DNA of 64,000 nt from Acidobacteriota bacterium (GCA_023391155.1 JAEWBM010000029.1:10892-74891), one strand, 5' to 3'. Shown: positions 1 to 9,705, numbered from the stretch's first letter. Program-made: numbers and translations. The notes: generated from the letters alone by a model not told the origin.

Positions 1-303
1 GACGCCGCGATCCCGGTACTTGAAACGGCGATCGCGGCCGATCCCGGTTCCGCGGACGCATTTCATTATCTCGGAGAATCCTATCTTCAGAATAAACAGG
101 GTTCCAAGGCTGTCGGTGTGTTGAATGAAGCCATCCGTCTCGCACCGATCGAGAAAGCTGAGATCCACCTGCGGCTTGCCGCACTCTACAATGCCGCCGG
201 CCTAAAAGACCGGGCGGTCGCCGAGTACAAGATGTTCCTCGAGAAGGTTCCCAACCATGCCGAGAAGTCGAAGATGGAAAAATATATCAAGGACAATTCC
301 TGA
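1..303 (+). CDS. TPR-repeat protein, C-terminal fragment (5' end outside the window)
   Basis: Frame 1 is open from nt 1 to TGA at 301-303. The translation (...AFHYLGESYLQNKQGSKAVGVLNEAIRLAPIEKAEIHLRLAALYNAAGLKDRAVAEYKMFLEKVP...) has TPR-like A/L/Y/G spacing. A hairpin terminator follows. Confidence 0.6.
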   Translation, partial: DAAIPVLETAIAADPGSADAFHYLGESYLQNKQGSKAVGVLNEAIRLAPIEKAEIHLRLAALYNAAGLKDRAVAEYKMFLEKVPNHAEKSKMEKYIKDNS

Positions 304-323
304 TCTGATCGAAGTTGAACAAA

Positions 324-360
324 AAACCGCGGTTCCATGGAGCCGCGGTTTTCTTGTTTT
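324..360 (+). terminator. Rho-independent terminator after the TPR gene
   Basis: AAACCGCGG-ttccatggag-CCGCGGTTT, a 9-bp stem followed by TTCTTGTTTT. Confidence 0.6.
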
Positions 361-380
361 GCCATTGCGGACAGCAGAAC

Positions 381-410
381 AAAAAAGGGGCCGCCCCGAA
401 GGACGGCCCC
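381..410 (-). terminator. Rho-independent terminator of the 434..4126 receptor gene
   Basis: On the minus strand this reads GGGGCCG-tccttcgggg-CGGCCCC followed by TTTTTTGTTCTG, about 25 nt after the stop at 434. Confidence 0.6.
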
Positions 411-433
411 GTCAAATCGGCTATACGCCTCGA

Positions 434-3400
434 TTAGAAATCGTAGCGGATAGCAAACTGCAGTACGCGAGCGTCGCTGCGCGTTCCGGTGAAAACGCCC
501 CAACCGGACGGTGCGGTACCGAGGTCCGGACGGAAGCCCATAGCGGTATTCGCATTACCCGCGAAGATCGGCGTGTTCGTTACGTTGAATACGTCCATCC
601 TCAGGCCGAGTTTGTGATCTTCATACCATGGCATCGTGAACGATTTTCCGAGGCCCAGATCGAGCACCCAGTAGGCCGGCCAGCGAAGCTGGTTGCGGTT
701 ACCGGTCTCACCCGGATAAGGGCTGCGGAAACTCTGATATGCATAGTCACGATCTGCGAACATCGCGGGCAGGCCGCCCTCGCCGGTATAAAACACACCG
801 GTTTCGAGAGGCCGCGTTTGGATCATCGCGCTCTTCAGGTTCCAGTTGGTCGCCCATCCGGAGTTATCGAAGATCTTGAAGCTTGTTCCATGCGGCTGTC
901 CCGAGTTGTATCGGAAGATCGAGGTTAACTGCCAACCGCCCAGGACTGCTTCAACAAACGGGTTCGCATCCGTCATGAACTGACGGCCGCGGCCGAAGGG
1001 AAGCTGCCAAATGCTGTTGAAGTTGATTATATGACGCATGTCGAAGTCCGATGAGGCATAGTTGTCGCTCTGCCGGATCGGGTTAAGAATGAACGCCGAA
1101 CCATAAGACGCGCTCGTCTGAAGGCCTGACGTATCATCCATCGAATGCGAATACGTGTAGTTAAAGTCCCAGGTCAACGTGCTCAACCGTTGGCGGATGG
1201 AGAGTGTTCCGGCGTTATAGTCAGAACGTGCGATCGAACCGAACGAGTCAAGTGCACCATACTGGGTCTGATAGAACAGAGGTGACGGCCCAAGCGCGTC
1301 AAACACGTACTGCGGCCACGTCCAGTCCGTCGATCCCTGAGCATATGCGAAGAACAACTGCGAGTTCGTAAGCTGACCATGCAGCGAAGGCCACAAATTC
1401 TCGAAGAACGGAATGGTCGGGACGGTACCAAGGGCTCCGCCCGAATAGCTATGCTGGGCAAGAATGGTAGCCGCCGTGTAATAGTCCATTCCGGAGACCG
1501 GATCGACCAAATTATTCGCGCTCATCACGTCGCGGCGGGCCAGCAGATTGCGGGCCTTTCGCATGATGTACGAAGCCTCAACATAGAACTTCTTCGGCAG
1601 TTGACGGCCGTAGGTAAGGTTCACCGAATAGTTGATCGGCGCTTCAATGCCACGATCGATCGACGATTCGATACGCATGCCCAGGTCCTGCGGCTGCTGC
1701 AGCGGGAAGATCAACTGTGCCGGCGGAACAACTCCGGGGAAGCCCTGAATGTTCATGTTCGTGCCGTCCCAGAAGGGGGCCGGGTTCGTCGTCAGGTTAA
1801 ATGTATTGGCAGGTGTCGTGTAGTTCGACAGGAAGCCAAGTGTATTCGCCGCGTCAAACGACACCGCAAGCTGTTGCCCGTAGTAGTCGTTCGTTACGGC
1901 AAAACCGCCTCTGAGAACGCCTTCACGGTTCTTACCAAACAAAAACGCTCCGATACCGCTCTGGAAATTCGGCGACCACGCTACCGAGATACGCGGCTGG
2001 AAGTTGTCCTTGTCAGCATCGTACATCGGCGGGCGGCCGTTGACCTTACCCGAAAGTTCGATCAACAGCGGTTCGTCGTAGTTACCGCCTTGAGCGGCGG
2101 CATTCAGCCGGCGCTGGAAATATTCATCCAACGCGATATTCGGAGCAGCCTCAAGGCCGCTTGTCTCATATACCGGCGTCGAATATCCATAACGCAGGCC
2201 GAGCGTCAGCGTCAGGCTCGGACGAACCTTCCACGAATCCTGGACGTAGAAATCATACTCTTCTGTTGCAAACTCACGAATGGTCGGTTCGTTCGCAACC
2301 GGATTTCCGCTTGCATCAAAGTTGAATCTAGCGGTGTATTGATTGAGACGGCCAACAAGAGCAACCAGCGACGACTGAGCCGACCGGATCCAGGCCGGAT
2401 CGACCGACGTACCGTATGTGTTCTGTAGGTAGTTATCCCAGATAGCGGTAATACTGGAACCGCCGCCGGTGTAAAAACCGAAGTTGGCAACTGCACTGTC
2501 GTATGCGGCGCCCCAGTTTACACGCTTGTTCCTGATTAAACGGATGTTCGTTCCGAACTGAACCGTGTGATTGCCCTTGATCCACGTAACGTCGTTTGTG
2601 AAGTTGTGGGTCGGGTTCACGCGGCTGAAAGTACGCGAATAGTTGAACGGCGAAAAGATATCTCGGAACGTGATAGCGTTCTCCGATGAGTCGCCTTGGT
2701 TGCTGAACGCAAGCCGGGTCATACCATAGCTGAACCGGTTTGTCAGGCTATTGTTTATCAGCCATGTATGGCTGCCGCCCACGCGGAGCGGATGGCTCCA
2801 CTGGTCGGTACTCGGAGTGTCAGGAAATGCTCCGGCAGCACCGTAAAGGTCCTGCTGATAGTTTCCAAAAACGCTGACCGTGTGACGTTGGTCGCTCGTG
2901 ACCGCCCAGTCAAACTTCGCGGTGTGCGTATTTTCCTTTACCGGCAGCGGCGCGTTGTAACGGAAGCCGCCCGTGTTAAGATCGTCGCCGAATCCCAAAA
3001 TATTTGCGGGATACCGGGATGCCGCCGACGCGAGTAATGAAACGACGTTCGGATTGACATCGACAACAGGGTCGCCGTTCGGATCGGTCAGACCGTTGAT
3101 CGTCGCAATATCAAAGCTTCTCAGGACACCGGAATTATCGTAAAACTGAATAATACCTTGGCCCAACGAAGCGAGGGGAACAAGCCGCGTAACTCCTACA
3201 CTCTTCGCTTCTCTCATACCTTCGTAGTTATAAAAGAAGAACAGACGATCTTTTACGATCGGGCCCCCGAGGCTGCCGCCGAAAAGATTACGGATCAGTT
3301 TCGGACGCGGTAGTCCGGTTGCATTGTTATACCAGTTGTTCGCATTGAAGTAATCATTACGATGATATTCAAAAAGGTTGCCGTGCCATTGATTAGAGCC

Positions 3401-4126
3401 GCTCTTCGTGATGAGCGAGATCTGAGCACCGGCCGAACGGCCTCGCGAAGCGTCCGGGTTCGATGTGGTCACGCGAAACTCTTCGATCGAGTCGGGCGTA
3501 ACGCGAACAACCGGCGTAAAGGCTGTACCTTCCTGCTGGTTGTTGACGTCGATACCGTCAAGCGTAATGTTCGCCTGGTCGGAACGTCCGCCGGCAACAT
3601 AACCGCCTGTCGTAACGGCGGGTTGCAGGCTCAAAAGAGCCGCAACGTTACGGCCTTCAAGCGGCAGCTGCGAGATCTGTTCGGCAACAAAGTTGTTTCC
3701 GAGACTCGCATCCTGAGTATTGACAATGCCCTCAATTCCGCTTGCATCGACCGTGACCGTTACGGACACCTCGCCGATCTCAAGCTGAACGGGCAGCGAG
3801 GTCGTGTTATCGACCAACGCCTGAAAATCTGTGGTCACCGCTCGGTTAAAGCCTTCGGCCTCGACCTCGATGCGATAGTTCCCCGGCTGTATGCCGGCAA
3901 AGCTGTATTGACCTTGTGAATTGGTAGTGGTCGTTCGGGTAAAGCCCGTTTCCGGGTTAACCAAACGAACCGTTGCACCGGGTACGGAACCACCTGCCTG
4001 ATCGGTAACAGTACCGTTCACGCCAGAGGTTCCCGCCTGTGCAAAAGCACTGCTGACCGCAAATATGGCCAACAGAATAGACGCAAGGCCTTTTAAAACC
4101 CCGGTCCTCATTTTGCTAACTCTCAT
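434..4126 (-). CDS. TonB-dependent outer-membrane receptor with N-terminal carboxypeptidase-regulatory-like domain
   Basis: Signal peptide MRVSKMRTGVLKGLASILLAIFAVSSAFAQAG. A CarboxypepD_reg-like segment follows (GTVTDQAGGSVPGATVRLVNPETGFTRTTTTNSQGQYSFAGIQPGNYRIEVEAEGF). The body is a long beta-barrel ending in a C-terminal aromatic residue (...AIRYDF). Start moved to the ATG at 4126, which has GGAGGAG just upstream; the ORF track begins at 4204. Confidence 0.8.
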   Translation of the reverse strand: MRVSKMRTGVLKGLASILLAIFAVSSAFAQAGTSGVNGTVTDQAGGSVPGATVRLVNPETGFTRTTTTNSQGQYSFAGIQPGNYRIEVEAEGFNRAVTTDFQALVDNTTSLPVQLEIGEVSVTVTVDASGIEGIVNTQDASLGNNFVAEQISQLPLEGRNVAALLSLQPAVTTGGYVAGGRSDQANITLDGIDVNNQQEGTAFTPVVRVTPDSIEEFRVTTSNPDASRGRSAGAQISLITKSGSNQWHGNLFEYHRNDYFNANNWYNNATGLPRPKLIRNLFGGSLGGPIVKDRLFFFYNYEGMREAKSVGVTRLVPLASLGQGIIQFYDNSGVLRSFDIATINGLTDPNGDPVVDVNPNVVSLLASAASRYPANILGFGDDLNTGGFRYNAPLPVKENTHTAKFDWAVTSDQRHTVSVFGNYQQDLYGAAGAFPDTPSTDQWSHPLRVGGSHTWLINNSLTNRFSYGMTRLAFSNQGDSSENAITFRDIFSPFNYSRTFSRVNPTHNFTNDVTWIKGNHTVQFGTNIRLIRNKRVNWGAAYDSAVANFGFYTGGGSSITAIWDNYLQNTYGTSVDPAWIRSAQSSLVALVGRLNQYTARFNFDASGNPVANEPTIREFATEEYDFYVQDSWKVRPSLTLTLGLRYGYSTPVYETSGLEAAPNIALDEYFQRRLNAAAQGGNYDEPLLIELSGKVNGRPPMYDADKDNFQPRISVAWSPNFQSGIGAFLFGKNREGVLRGGFAVTNDYYGQQLAVSFDAANTLGFLSNYTTPANTFNLTTNPAPFWDGTNMNIQGFPGVVPPAQLIFPLQQPQDLGMRIESSIDRGIEAPINYSVNLTYGRQLPKKFYVEASYIMRKARNLLARRDVMSANNLVDPVSGMDYYTAATILAQHSYSGGALGTVPTIPFFENLWPSLHGQLTNSQLFFAYAQGSTDWTWPQYVFDALGPSPLFYQTQYGALDSFGSIARSDYNAGTLSIRQRLSTLTWDFNYTYSHSMDDTSGLQTSASYGSAFILNPIRQSDNYASSDFDMRHIINFNSIWQLPFGRGRQFMTDANPFVEAVLGGWQLTSIFRYNSGQPHGTSFKIFDNSGWATNWNLKSAMIQTRPLETGVFYTGEGGLPAMFADRDYAYQSFRSPYPGETGNRNQLRWPAYWVLDLGLGKSFTMPWYEDHKLGLRMDVFNVTNTPIFAGNANTAMGFRPDLGTAPSGWGVFTGTRSDARVLQFAIRYDF

Positions 4127-4323
4127 AGCTCCTCCATTGTTAGTTTGAAAATGGCGAAAGAATTTCCACTGTGGGTTAGGCATTTTGCGTTCCAAACAAC
4201 GCAAACTCGTGAAAACCTCGACATTTACAGGGGTTTACGGCGTTCGTCCTCTGGGATAGGGGCCGTAAAGCTTAAACTTTTCGGATAATATTCAAATTTT
4301 TGGGGATTTGAACGATTGCGGAA

Positions 4324-5289
4324 TTATAGCTTTTTTAGGGAATTTATCAACCTCAGCGCGGATTTTGCCGCAGTCGCACCCATCCCGACCGCCGTCGCGA
4401 CCGTCGGCGCGACGGGATTGGCCACGTCCCCGGCCGCCCAAACTCCTGCAGAGCTCGTACGCGATTCACTATCGACAAGGATATAACCCGCATCGTCCAT
4501 ATCGACCTGTCCCGCTAAAAGTTCGCTATTCGGGACTACGCCTATTCTGATCAGAACCAGATCAGCATCTAGCTGCATTTGCTCACCCGTTTTGACGCTC
4601 TCGACCGTTACGCTCTCTACCCTTTCGGTACCGTAGATCGAAATAGGTACATACTCCGTAATTACATTTATGCCGACATCCGCCAATACCGGTTCAACGA
4701 ACTCCTGCCGCGCCGAAAATTCATCTCGACGGTGGACTACCGTCACACTGTCCGCAAATTCCCGCAGGATCAAGGCATTTTCAAACGCCGCATCGCCGCC
4801 CCCGATTATCACCACCCGCTTTCCTAGCGCCGATTCCCGCTCGCCCGCGCCCGATGTGAGTATCCCGCGGCCCTCGAATTCGTCCTCCCCGGAGATTCCG
4901 AGTCTACCCCTCCTCACGCCGGTTGCGATGATCAGGGCTTCCCCCCTGATCACGTCACCGTTAGCTACTGTGACAATACATTCTTCAGCGTCGATCGACG
5001 CGGCCTCAGAATCTGTAATTACGTCGATTTCGAATTTATCCATCGAGGCTGCGAAACGCCCGAGAAGATCTTCGCCGTCCGCGGCATCGGCCCCAGGATA
5101 ATTCAAGATCGGAGTGTGAATGATTCGCAACTGCCCCCCAAGATCGGCTCGCGACTCGATCACAACCGCACTCATCCCCAGGTCCGCGCACCAAAGGGCC
5201 GCCGAGATTCCTGCGGGGCCTCCGCCGATGATCACTACGTCGTAATTCTTTTGTTTTCCGCTTGTTGCCACCTTACTCTTTTTTGTCAA
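4324..5289 (-). CDS. Thioredoxin-reductase-like FAD/NAD(P) oxidoreductase lacking the CxxC redox centre
   Basis: FAD motif DVVIIGGGPAGISAAL, NAD(P) motif KRVVIIGGGDAAFENA, and C-terminal GVWAAGDVA. The position of the TrxB CATC motif reads GILTSGAGE. Confidence 0.8.
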   Translation of the reverse strand: MTKKSKVATSGKQKNYDVVIIGGGPAGISAALWCADLGMSAVVIESRADLGGQLRIIHTPILNYPGADAADGEDLLGRFAASMDKFEIDVITDSEAASIDAEECIVTVANGDVIRGEALIIATGVRRGRLGISGEDEFEGRGILTSGAGERESALGKRVVIIGGGDAAFENALILREFADSVTVVHRRDEFSARQEFVEPVLADVGINVITEYVPISIYGTERVESVTVESVKTGEQMQLDADLVLIRIGVVPNSELLAGQVDMDDAGYILVDSESRTSSAGVWAAGDVANPVAPTVATAVGMGATAAKSALRLINSLKKL

Positions 5290-5396
5290 TTTAACGTGTC
5301 AATAATTGTCACTTTGACCGATGCCAATTCTTCTGCCGCCTCTTTAAAATCGCGGATTTTACTAGCCCCCACCGCGTTTACACCGTCTTGCGATAA

Positions 5397-5412
5397 TGGC
5401 ACTGATTTTGCT
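5397..5412 (+). promoter_or_regulatory. Candidate sigma-54 (RpoN) -24/-12 promoter
   Basis: aTGGCACtgattTTGCt matches the consensus TGGCAC-N5-TTGCW. It lies about 87 nt upstream of the ATG at 5498 in the divergent intergenic region. Confidence 0.6.
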
Positions 5413-5497
5413 TTAAGAACAAGTCTGACGTCGGTTCAGCGTCTGCCGGGCCGTTTCGAAACGCTCAAAATCCACTTTCCTTGACCTCGTTTTTCCT

Positions 5498-7747
5498 ATG
5501 AGATTAGAAATCGATCAAGTTCCGGGCACCACGCCTTATTCACCCGCGCTTCCCCTCGCAAACAATGGCGAAAGCAAGACCGCCGAGCTGCTTGAGGCCG
5601 GCATTCGTTCAGCCAAGGCCGGCGACCGCTCGGCCGCGCGTACCGCGCTTCTCGAATGTACCGAGCTCGACCCAAATAACGAGGCGGCCTGGATGTGGCT
5701 CGCCTCTATCAGCGAATATCCCGAAGAGCTGTCCGCCTTTCTCAAGAATGTTCTTAGCATAAACCCTGCAAACCAAAAAGCCGCCGAGTGGAGCAAAGCG
5801 ACATCGGCTCTCATGGCGAAGACCTTCGTCGAACGAGGTGCCGTAGCCGCGGAACAGGGCGACAGCCTGCGCGCCGAAGAACAGTTCAACGCTGCTCTCG
5901 CTGAGGATCCTCACTGCATAACGGCTCTTATGTGGTTGGCGTCACTTCAAGATTCCGACATCGGCCGCTCACTCTATTTCGAAAAGGTCCTGGCCATCGA
6001 TCCCGAGCATGACGAAGCCGGCCCGGCGCTCGCCGCCATCCGCTCTGCACGTCTGGATAGATCCCTCGCGGAAGCGAAGGCCGCAGCGGTTGCCGGCAGA
6101 ACAGCCGAGGCGTTCGGCCTCCTGGACGCAGTGATCAGCGAATCGCCGGATTGTGAAGAGGCATGGATGCTTCGATCGATGTTCACCGAAAACTACGCTG
6201 AAAAGATCCGCTCGTTCGAACGCGTTCTTGAGATCAACCCCGGCAATGCCGCCGCTGCCGCCAGCCTCGAATCGCTTCGAATGCTCGAAAGCGCCATTCC
6301 CCAGGAAGAGCCCCAGAGCGATCTTGAACCCGTTCAGCCGCCCACCCGCGACGAGAGCTATGCCGCCATCGAAGCAAGCAAGTTCGTTGAAGACGTGCCC
6401 AGTGAAAAGCATCCGACCCAGGACCTTGAGTTGCCCGACGGTGTCTCAGAGGCCTTTGGTTCACCCGAGCCCGGCGACGACCGAAGCATTGCCGAAGATT
6501 CCCCTGCTTCATTCGACCAGGCGACAGAACTTCCCTTTATAGATGAAGCTGAACTGGAAGCAGACGAGTGGGGCCAATCCATCGTCGCCGAGATCGTTTC
6601 ACCCGAAGAGTTTTCCATCCTACCTCCGAGCGTGCCGTTGGAGGACCCCGTCGGCGATTTCGAGATCGATCCCAACGCGACCGTGATCGTTAATAACATG
6701 CGGCAGCCGGAAGAAGCGTCGTTCGAACTCGAATCTGCGCTTCCCGCCGTTGCACCGCCCGACGAACCGTCGCAGGCGGAGAGTATTTACGAGAATAGCT
6801 CGGCTGAACTGGATGCCGAGGTGCCTCCGATCCCGGCCCCGGCCGAAATGCCGATCGCCGAAGAGCCTGAAAGTTCTAGCTTCGACACCGTTCTCGAAGG
6901 ACACGAGATCGACCCAAATGCCAAGCATCGTCGGGCCGAACCCGCCCCTTCCGTGCCCGCCGATCCGATGGCCTGCCCCTTCTGCAAAGCCGTTAACGAA
7001 CCTTTGGCCCCGTCTTGCACCTCTTGCTTTGCCGGCCTGACGCTTTCTGATCTCGAACTCCTTCTTGAAAACAGTCACGTCGATCGCTCGATCGTCCGCC
7101 ATGCCGTTGAGCGTATGGAGATCGAAAAGCGCGTCCGCCCCTTTACCGAGTATGAAACGACAATGCTCGGTATCGGACATCTGAACATCGGTAATCTCGA
7201 AACAGGTTACTCGTTCCTGCTCGAGGCGACAAAGGAAAATCCGAACAATGTCGTGCTAGCGAGCTACGTCAACAGCCTTCACATCCGGCTCGAAGAGATC
7301 CGTAGCCGCCGTGAATCGGCCGACGCAAAGATCAAGGGCAAAACGATCCTTGTGATCGATGACAGCCCGACCATCCGTAAGCTCATCTCCGGCAAACTTG
7401 AAAAATCCGGCCACATCGTCTTCTGTTCGTCGGATGGCGTCGAGGCCTTGGAACGGCTTCAGGACCTTGTTCCCGACCTCGTTCTGCTCGACATCGCAAT
7501 GCCCAGAATGGATGGCTACCAGGTCTGCAAGATGATCCGCTCTAACGAGGCCACCAAGGACGTCCCGGTCGTGATGATCTCAGGCAAGGACGGCTTCTTT
7601 GATAAGGTCCGGGGCCGCATGGCCGGCACCTCCGGATATATAACGAAACCCTTCGGGCCGGAAACACTAATGAAGATCGTCGATATGTATCTTCAGAACA
7701 CCGCTATCGACGATTTCCCCGAAGACGAAATAGTCGAAGATGAATAG
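5498..7747 (+). CDS. Multidomain response regulator: TPR repeats, acidic/Pro-rich linker, zinc ribbon, C-terminal CheY-like receiver
   Basis: N-terminal TPR-like repeats (EAAWMWLASISEYPEE, ITALMWLASLQDSD, EEAWMLRSMF). Next comes an E/P/S/A-rich low-complexity stretch of about 200 aa, then CPFCKAVNEPLAPSCTSCFA. The REC domain is KTILVIDDSPTIRKL...DLVLLDIAMPRMDG...VVMISGK...YITKPF. Confidence 0.8.
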   Translation: MRLEIDQVPGTTPYSPALPLANNGESKTAELLEAGIRSAKAGDRSAARTALLECTELDPNNEAAWMWLASISEYPEELSAFLKNVLSINPANQKAAEWSKATSALMAKTFVERGAVAAEQGDSLRAEEQFNAALAEDPHCITALMWLASLQDSDIGRSLYFEKVLAIDPEHDEAGPALAAIRSARLDRSLAEAKAAAVAGRTAEAFGLLDAVISESPDCEEAWMLRSMFTENYAEKIRSFERVLEINPGNAAAAASLESLRMLESAIPQEEPQSDLEPVQPPTRDESYAAIEASKFVEDVPSEKHPTQDLELPDGVSEAFGSPEPGDDRSIAEDSPASFDQATELPFIDEAELEADEWGQSIVAEIVSPEEFSILPPSVPLEDPVGDFEIDPNATVIVNNMRQPEEASFELESALPAVAPPDEPSQAESIYENSSAELDAEVPPIPAPAEMPIAEEPESSSFDTVLEGHEIDPNAKHRRAEPAPSVPADPMACPFCKAVNEPLAPSCTSCFAGLTLSDLELLLENSHVDRSIVRHAVERMEIEKRVRPFTEYETTMLGIGHLNIGNLETGYSFLLEATKENPNNVVLASYVNSLHIRLEEIRSRRESADAKIKGKTILVIDDSPTIRKLISGKLEKSGHIVFCSSDGVEALERLQDLVPDLVLLDIAMPRMDGYQVCKMIRSNEATKDVPVVMISGKDGFFDKVRGRMAGTSGYITKPFGPETLMKIVDMYLQNTAIDDFPEDEIVEDE

Positions 7748-8159
7748 TTCCCCACACTCCCCCGCCGAACCCGGCCAAAAATACCTGTCCTTCACCTACG
7801 GCGAACGCACCTGCGCGATCAGTGCCGATCAGGTCGAAGAGGTCCTTGGGTCCCTAACGGTTTCCCGAGCGCCCGGTGCGGGCCCGGCCGTTAGGGGCAT
7901 CGCCGTTCACCGCGGTGACATTTTGACCGTTCTTGAGCTTTCCGAGTTGATGCCGGCCGAGTTCCCTAACGGTTCAAATACAAACAAATATCTCGTTCTC
8001 GCGCCCGGACACGACGGTGCACGCCTCGCCATCTCGATCTCTCGTGCAAACGGCTTCAGCGATCTCACAAGCGACGAAATGAGTCCGGCAGGATCACCGC
8101 CGCTGATCATCAACCGCCAAACGATCGCCGAGATCGCGATCAACGCCGTTAAGACCTAG
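7740..8159 (+). CDS. cheW: CheW-like coupling protein
   Basis: 139 aa. YLSFTYGERTCAISADQVEEVLGSLTVSRAPGAGPAVRGIAVHRGDILTVLELSELM follows the CheW pattern. Its start overlaps the upstream stop by 8 nt. Confidence 0.75.
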   Translation: MNSSPHSPAEPGQKYLSFTYGERTCAISADQVEEVLGSLTVSRAPGAGPAVRGIAVHRGDILTVLELSELMPAEFPNGSNTNKYLVLAPGHDGARLAISISRANGFSDLTSDEMSPAGSPPLIINRQTIAEIAINAVKT

Positions 8160-8175
8160 CTCCAAATTTTCCACT

Positions 8176-9705
8176 ATGAGCAGCAAACCCGAGTCCATTC
8201 TGAATTCCCTCCGCTCCCGCGTTTGGCTTGCGGTCTGCGGCCTCGCGCTTGCAAACTGTATCGCGGGCGTCGCAGCCTATCTCATCGGCACGCTGGTTCT
8301 TTCGTCACCGCTTATCCCGGTCCTCTTTGCGTTTGCTCTGGCGACTATCGTGACCCTCATTTACGGCCGCTGGCTTGCCGATGAGGTCGTCCGCCCGGTA
8401 AAGAAGGTTAACCTCGCATTGAAATCGATCGAGCGAAACCCGACCGCCCAACTCCCGTCAGCCACCGGATCTTCCGAGACCGACGAGATACTCATCAGCA
8501 TTCAGCGAAACAACCGCCAGTTCGTAAATCTGATAACCCTGATGGACCGAGCCGCGGCCGGCGACACCCAAGGTGCACTTCAACCTCTCGAGAGCTCAGA
8601 CCGCATCACGAATTCGTTCCAAAAGCTCGTCGGCAAAGTCGCGGATTCCATCGATGCACTCGAGCGGCTAGAGGCGATGCGCCTCTCGATCCGCACCCTT
8701 GCGAACGAGGCATCACGCATAGATAGTTTCCGCACGATCGACGACCTAAACACAGAGTCGGAACACACCGCTGACCTCGCACGTGCGCTGAATGGCTGCC
8801 TCGCTCGCCTTGCTGCCGAAATGCACGACATCCGATCCGAAGTTACGCGGTCCGCCCCGATAGCCGAAGATGCAGGCACTGCGGTCCGCAGCAGCCGCGA
8901 GGCTCTCGAATCGACCGTCGAATCGATAAGCTCCGCGATCTCTTCGATCAAGGCCGGCGAAAGATCTGACCCGGCCGGTGGGAACGCCGGCATCGAGGGA
9001 CTGGCTGAGGCGAGATCGGCCGAGGCCTTTCCGTCCGTCGCAGAAAAGATCCGTGAGGCAGCCGAACGTGCCGCATTGCCTCGCCGCCATTCGAGCGAAT
9101 TGCAGCGTCTAATGCGCCGCCTTCGCGAAAGGGCCTCGGCCCTCGCCGGCGTCATACGCAGCGTAGATGACATCTCGCGCCGGGTTAAGTTGGTCTCGTT
9201 GAATTCATCCCTTTCCTCCGCAGGCGGACCGATAGAAGCTCTTGCCGACGAGTTCAAGACCATGGCCGAAAGAGCCGATCGCCTGAAGAAGGAGATCGCT
9301 GACCTCGAACGGGCTATCGGCACTGAGATCGGCGATTGCGAATCTGCGGTCCGCGAGTTGATCTCGTCCGGCTCAGATCTGCATATTGCCGTCGGCAACA
9401 GTGCCGCGGTGCTGACCGATCTGGTACCCGCCATCGAGGTGCTTGCTTCTGTCCCGGCTAAGGCAGCGGCCCTTAATGCCGATCAGGCTAGAAGCCGGGA
9501 AAATGTTCTCCGCGTCCTGTCATCCGGATTTTTTGACCTCGAGAATTGTTTACCCCGGCTGCGGTCGGCCGAGCAAAAGATCAGTACACTTTGCGATGCG
9601 GTCCGCATTGAGCCGCTCCCGGCTGCGATAAACGACGTCTCCTCACAAGCGGTGCCGCCTGCAGCCCGGGCCCCGGAGCAAAGCGAGGGTGAAACCGACC
9701 GATGA
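8176..9705 (+). CDS. Methyl-accepting-chemotaxis-like protein (two TM helices, no sensor domain, divergent signalling tip)
   Basis: Two adjacent N-terminal hydrophobic helices are followed by a HAMP-like segment and a long Ala/Glu/Arg-rich coiled coil. The tip-like motif RRVKLVSLNSSLSSAGGPIEALADEFKTMAERA (around nt 9180-9270) resembles the MCP consensus [31 protein letters not shown] but is shorter. Confidence 0.65.
   Translation: MSSKPESILNSLRSRVWLAVCGLALANCIAGVAAYLIGTLVLSSPLIPVLFAFALATIVTLIYGRWLADEVVRPVKKVNLALKSIERNPTAQLPSATGSSETDEILISIQRNNRQFVNLITLMDRAAAGDTQGALQPLESSDRITNSFQKLVGKVADSIDALERLEAMRLSIRTLANEASRIDSFRTIDDLNTESEHTADLARALNGCLARLAAEMHDIRSEVTRSAPIAEDAGTAVRSSREALESTVESISSAISSIKAGERSDPAGGNAGIEGLAEARSAEAFPSVAEKIREAAERAALPRRHSSELQRLMRRLRERASALAGVIRSVDDISRRVKLVSLNSSLSSAGGPIEALADEFKTMAERADRLKKEIADLERAIGTEIGDCESAVRELISSGSDLHIAVGNSAAVLTDLVPAIEVLASVPAKAAALNADQARSRENVLRVLSSGFFDLENCLPRLRSAEQKISTLCDAVRIEPLPAAINDVSSQAVPPAARAPEQSEGETDR

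Noticed and set aside
1379-2428. Long ORFs antisense to or out of frame with strong genes. Examples are 257..928, 1379..2428, 8580..9434, 19721..20401, 23552..24538, 32169..33089, 33435..34136, 47808..48662, 57921..58586 and 59383..60150.
   Set aside because: Each lies wholly inside a gene with clear family motifs on the other strand or frame. Their translations are Arg/Ser/Pro/Ala-rich low-complexity strings, typical of shadow ORFs in high-GC DNA. None has a signal peptide, domain motif or SD.
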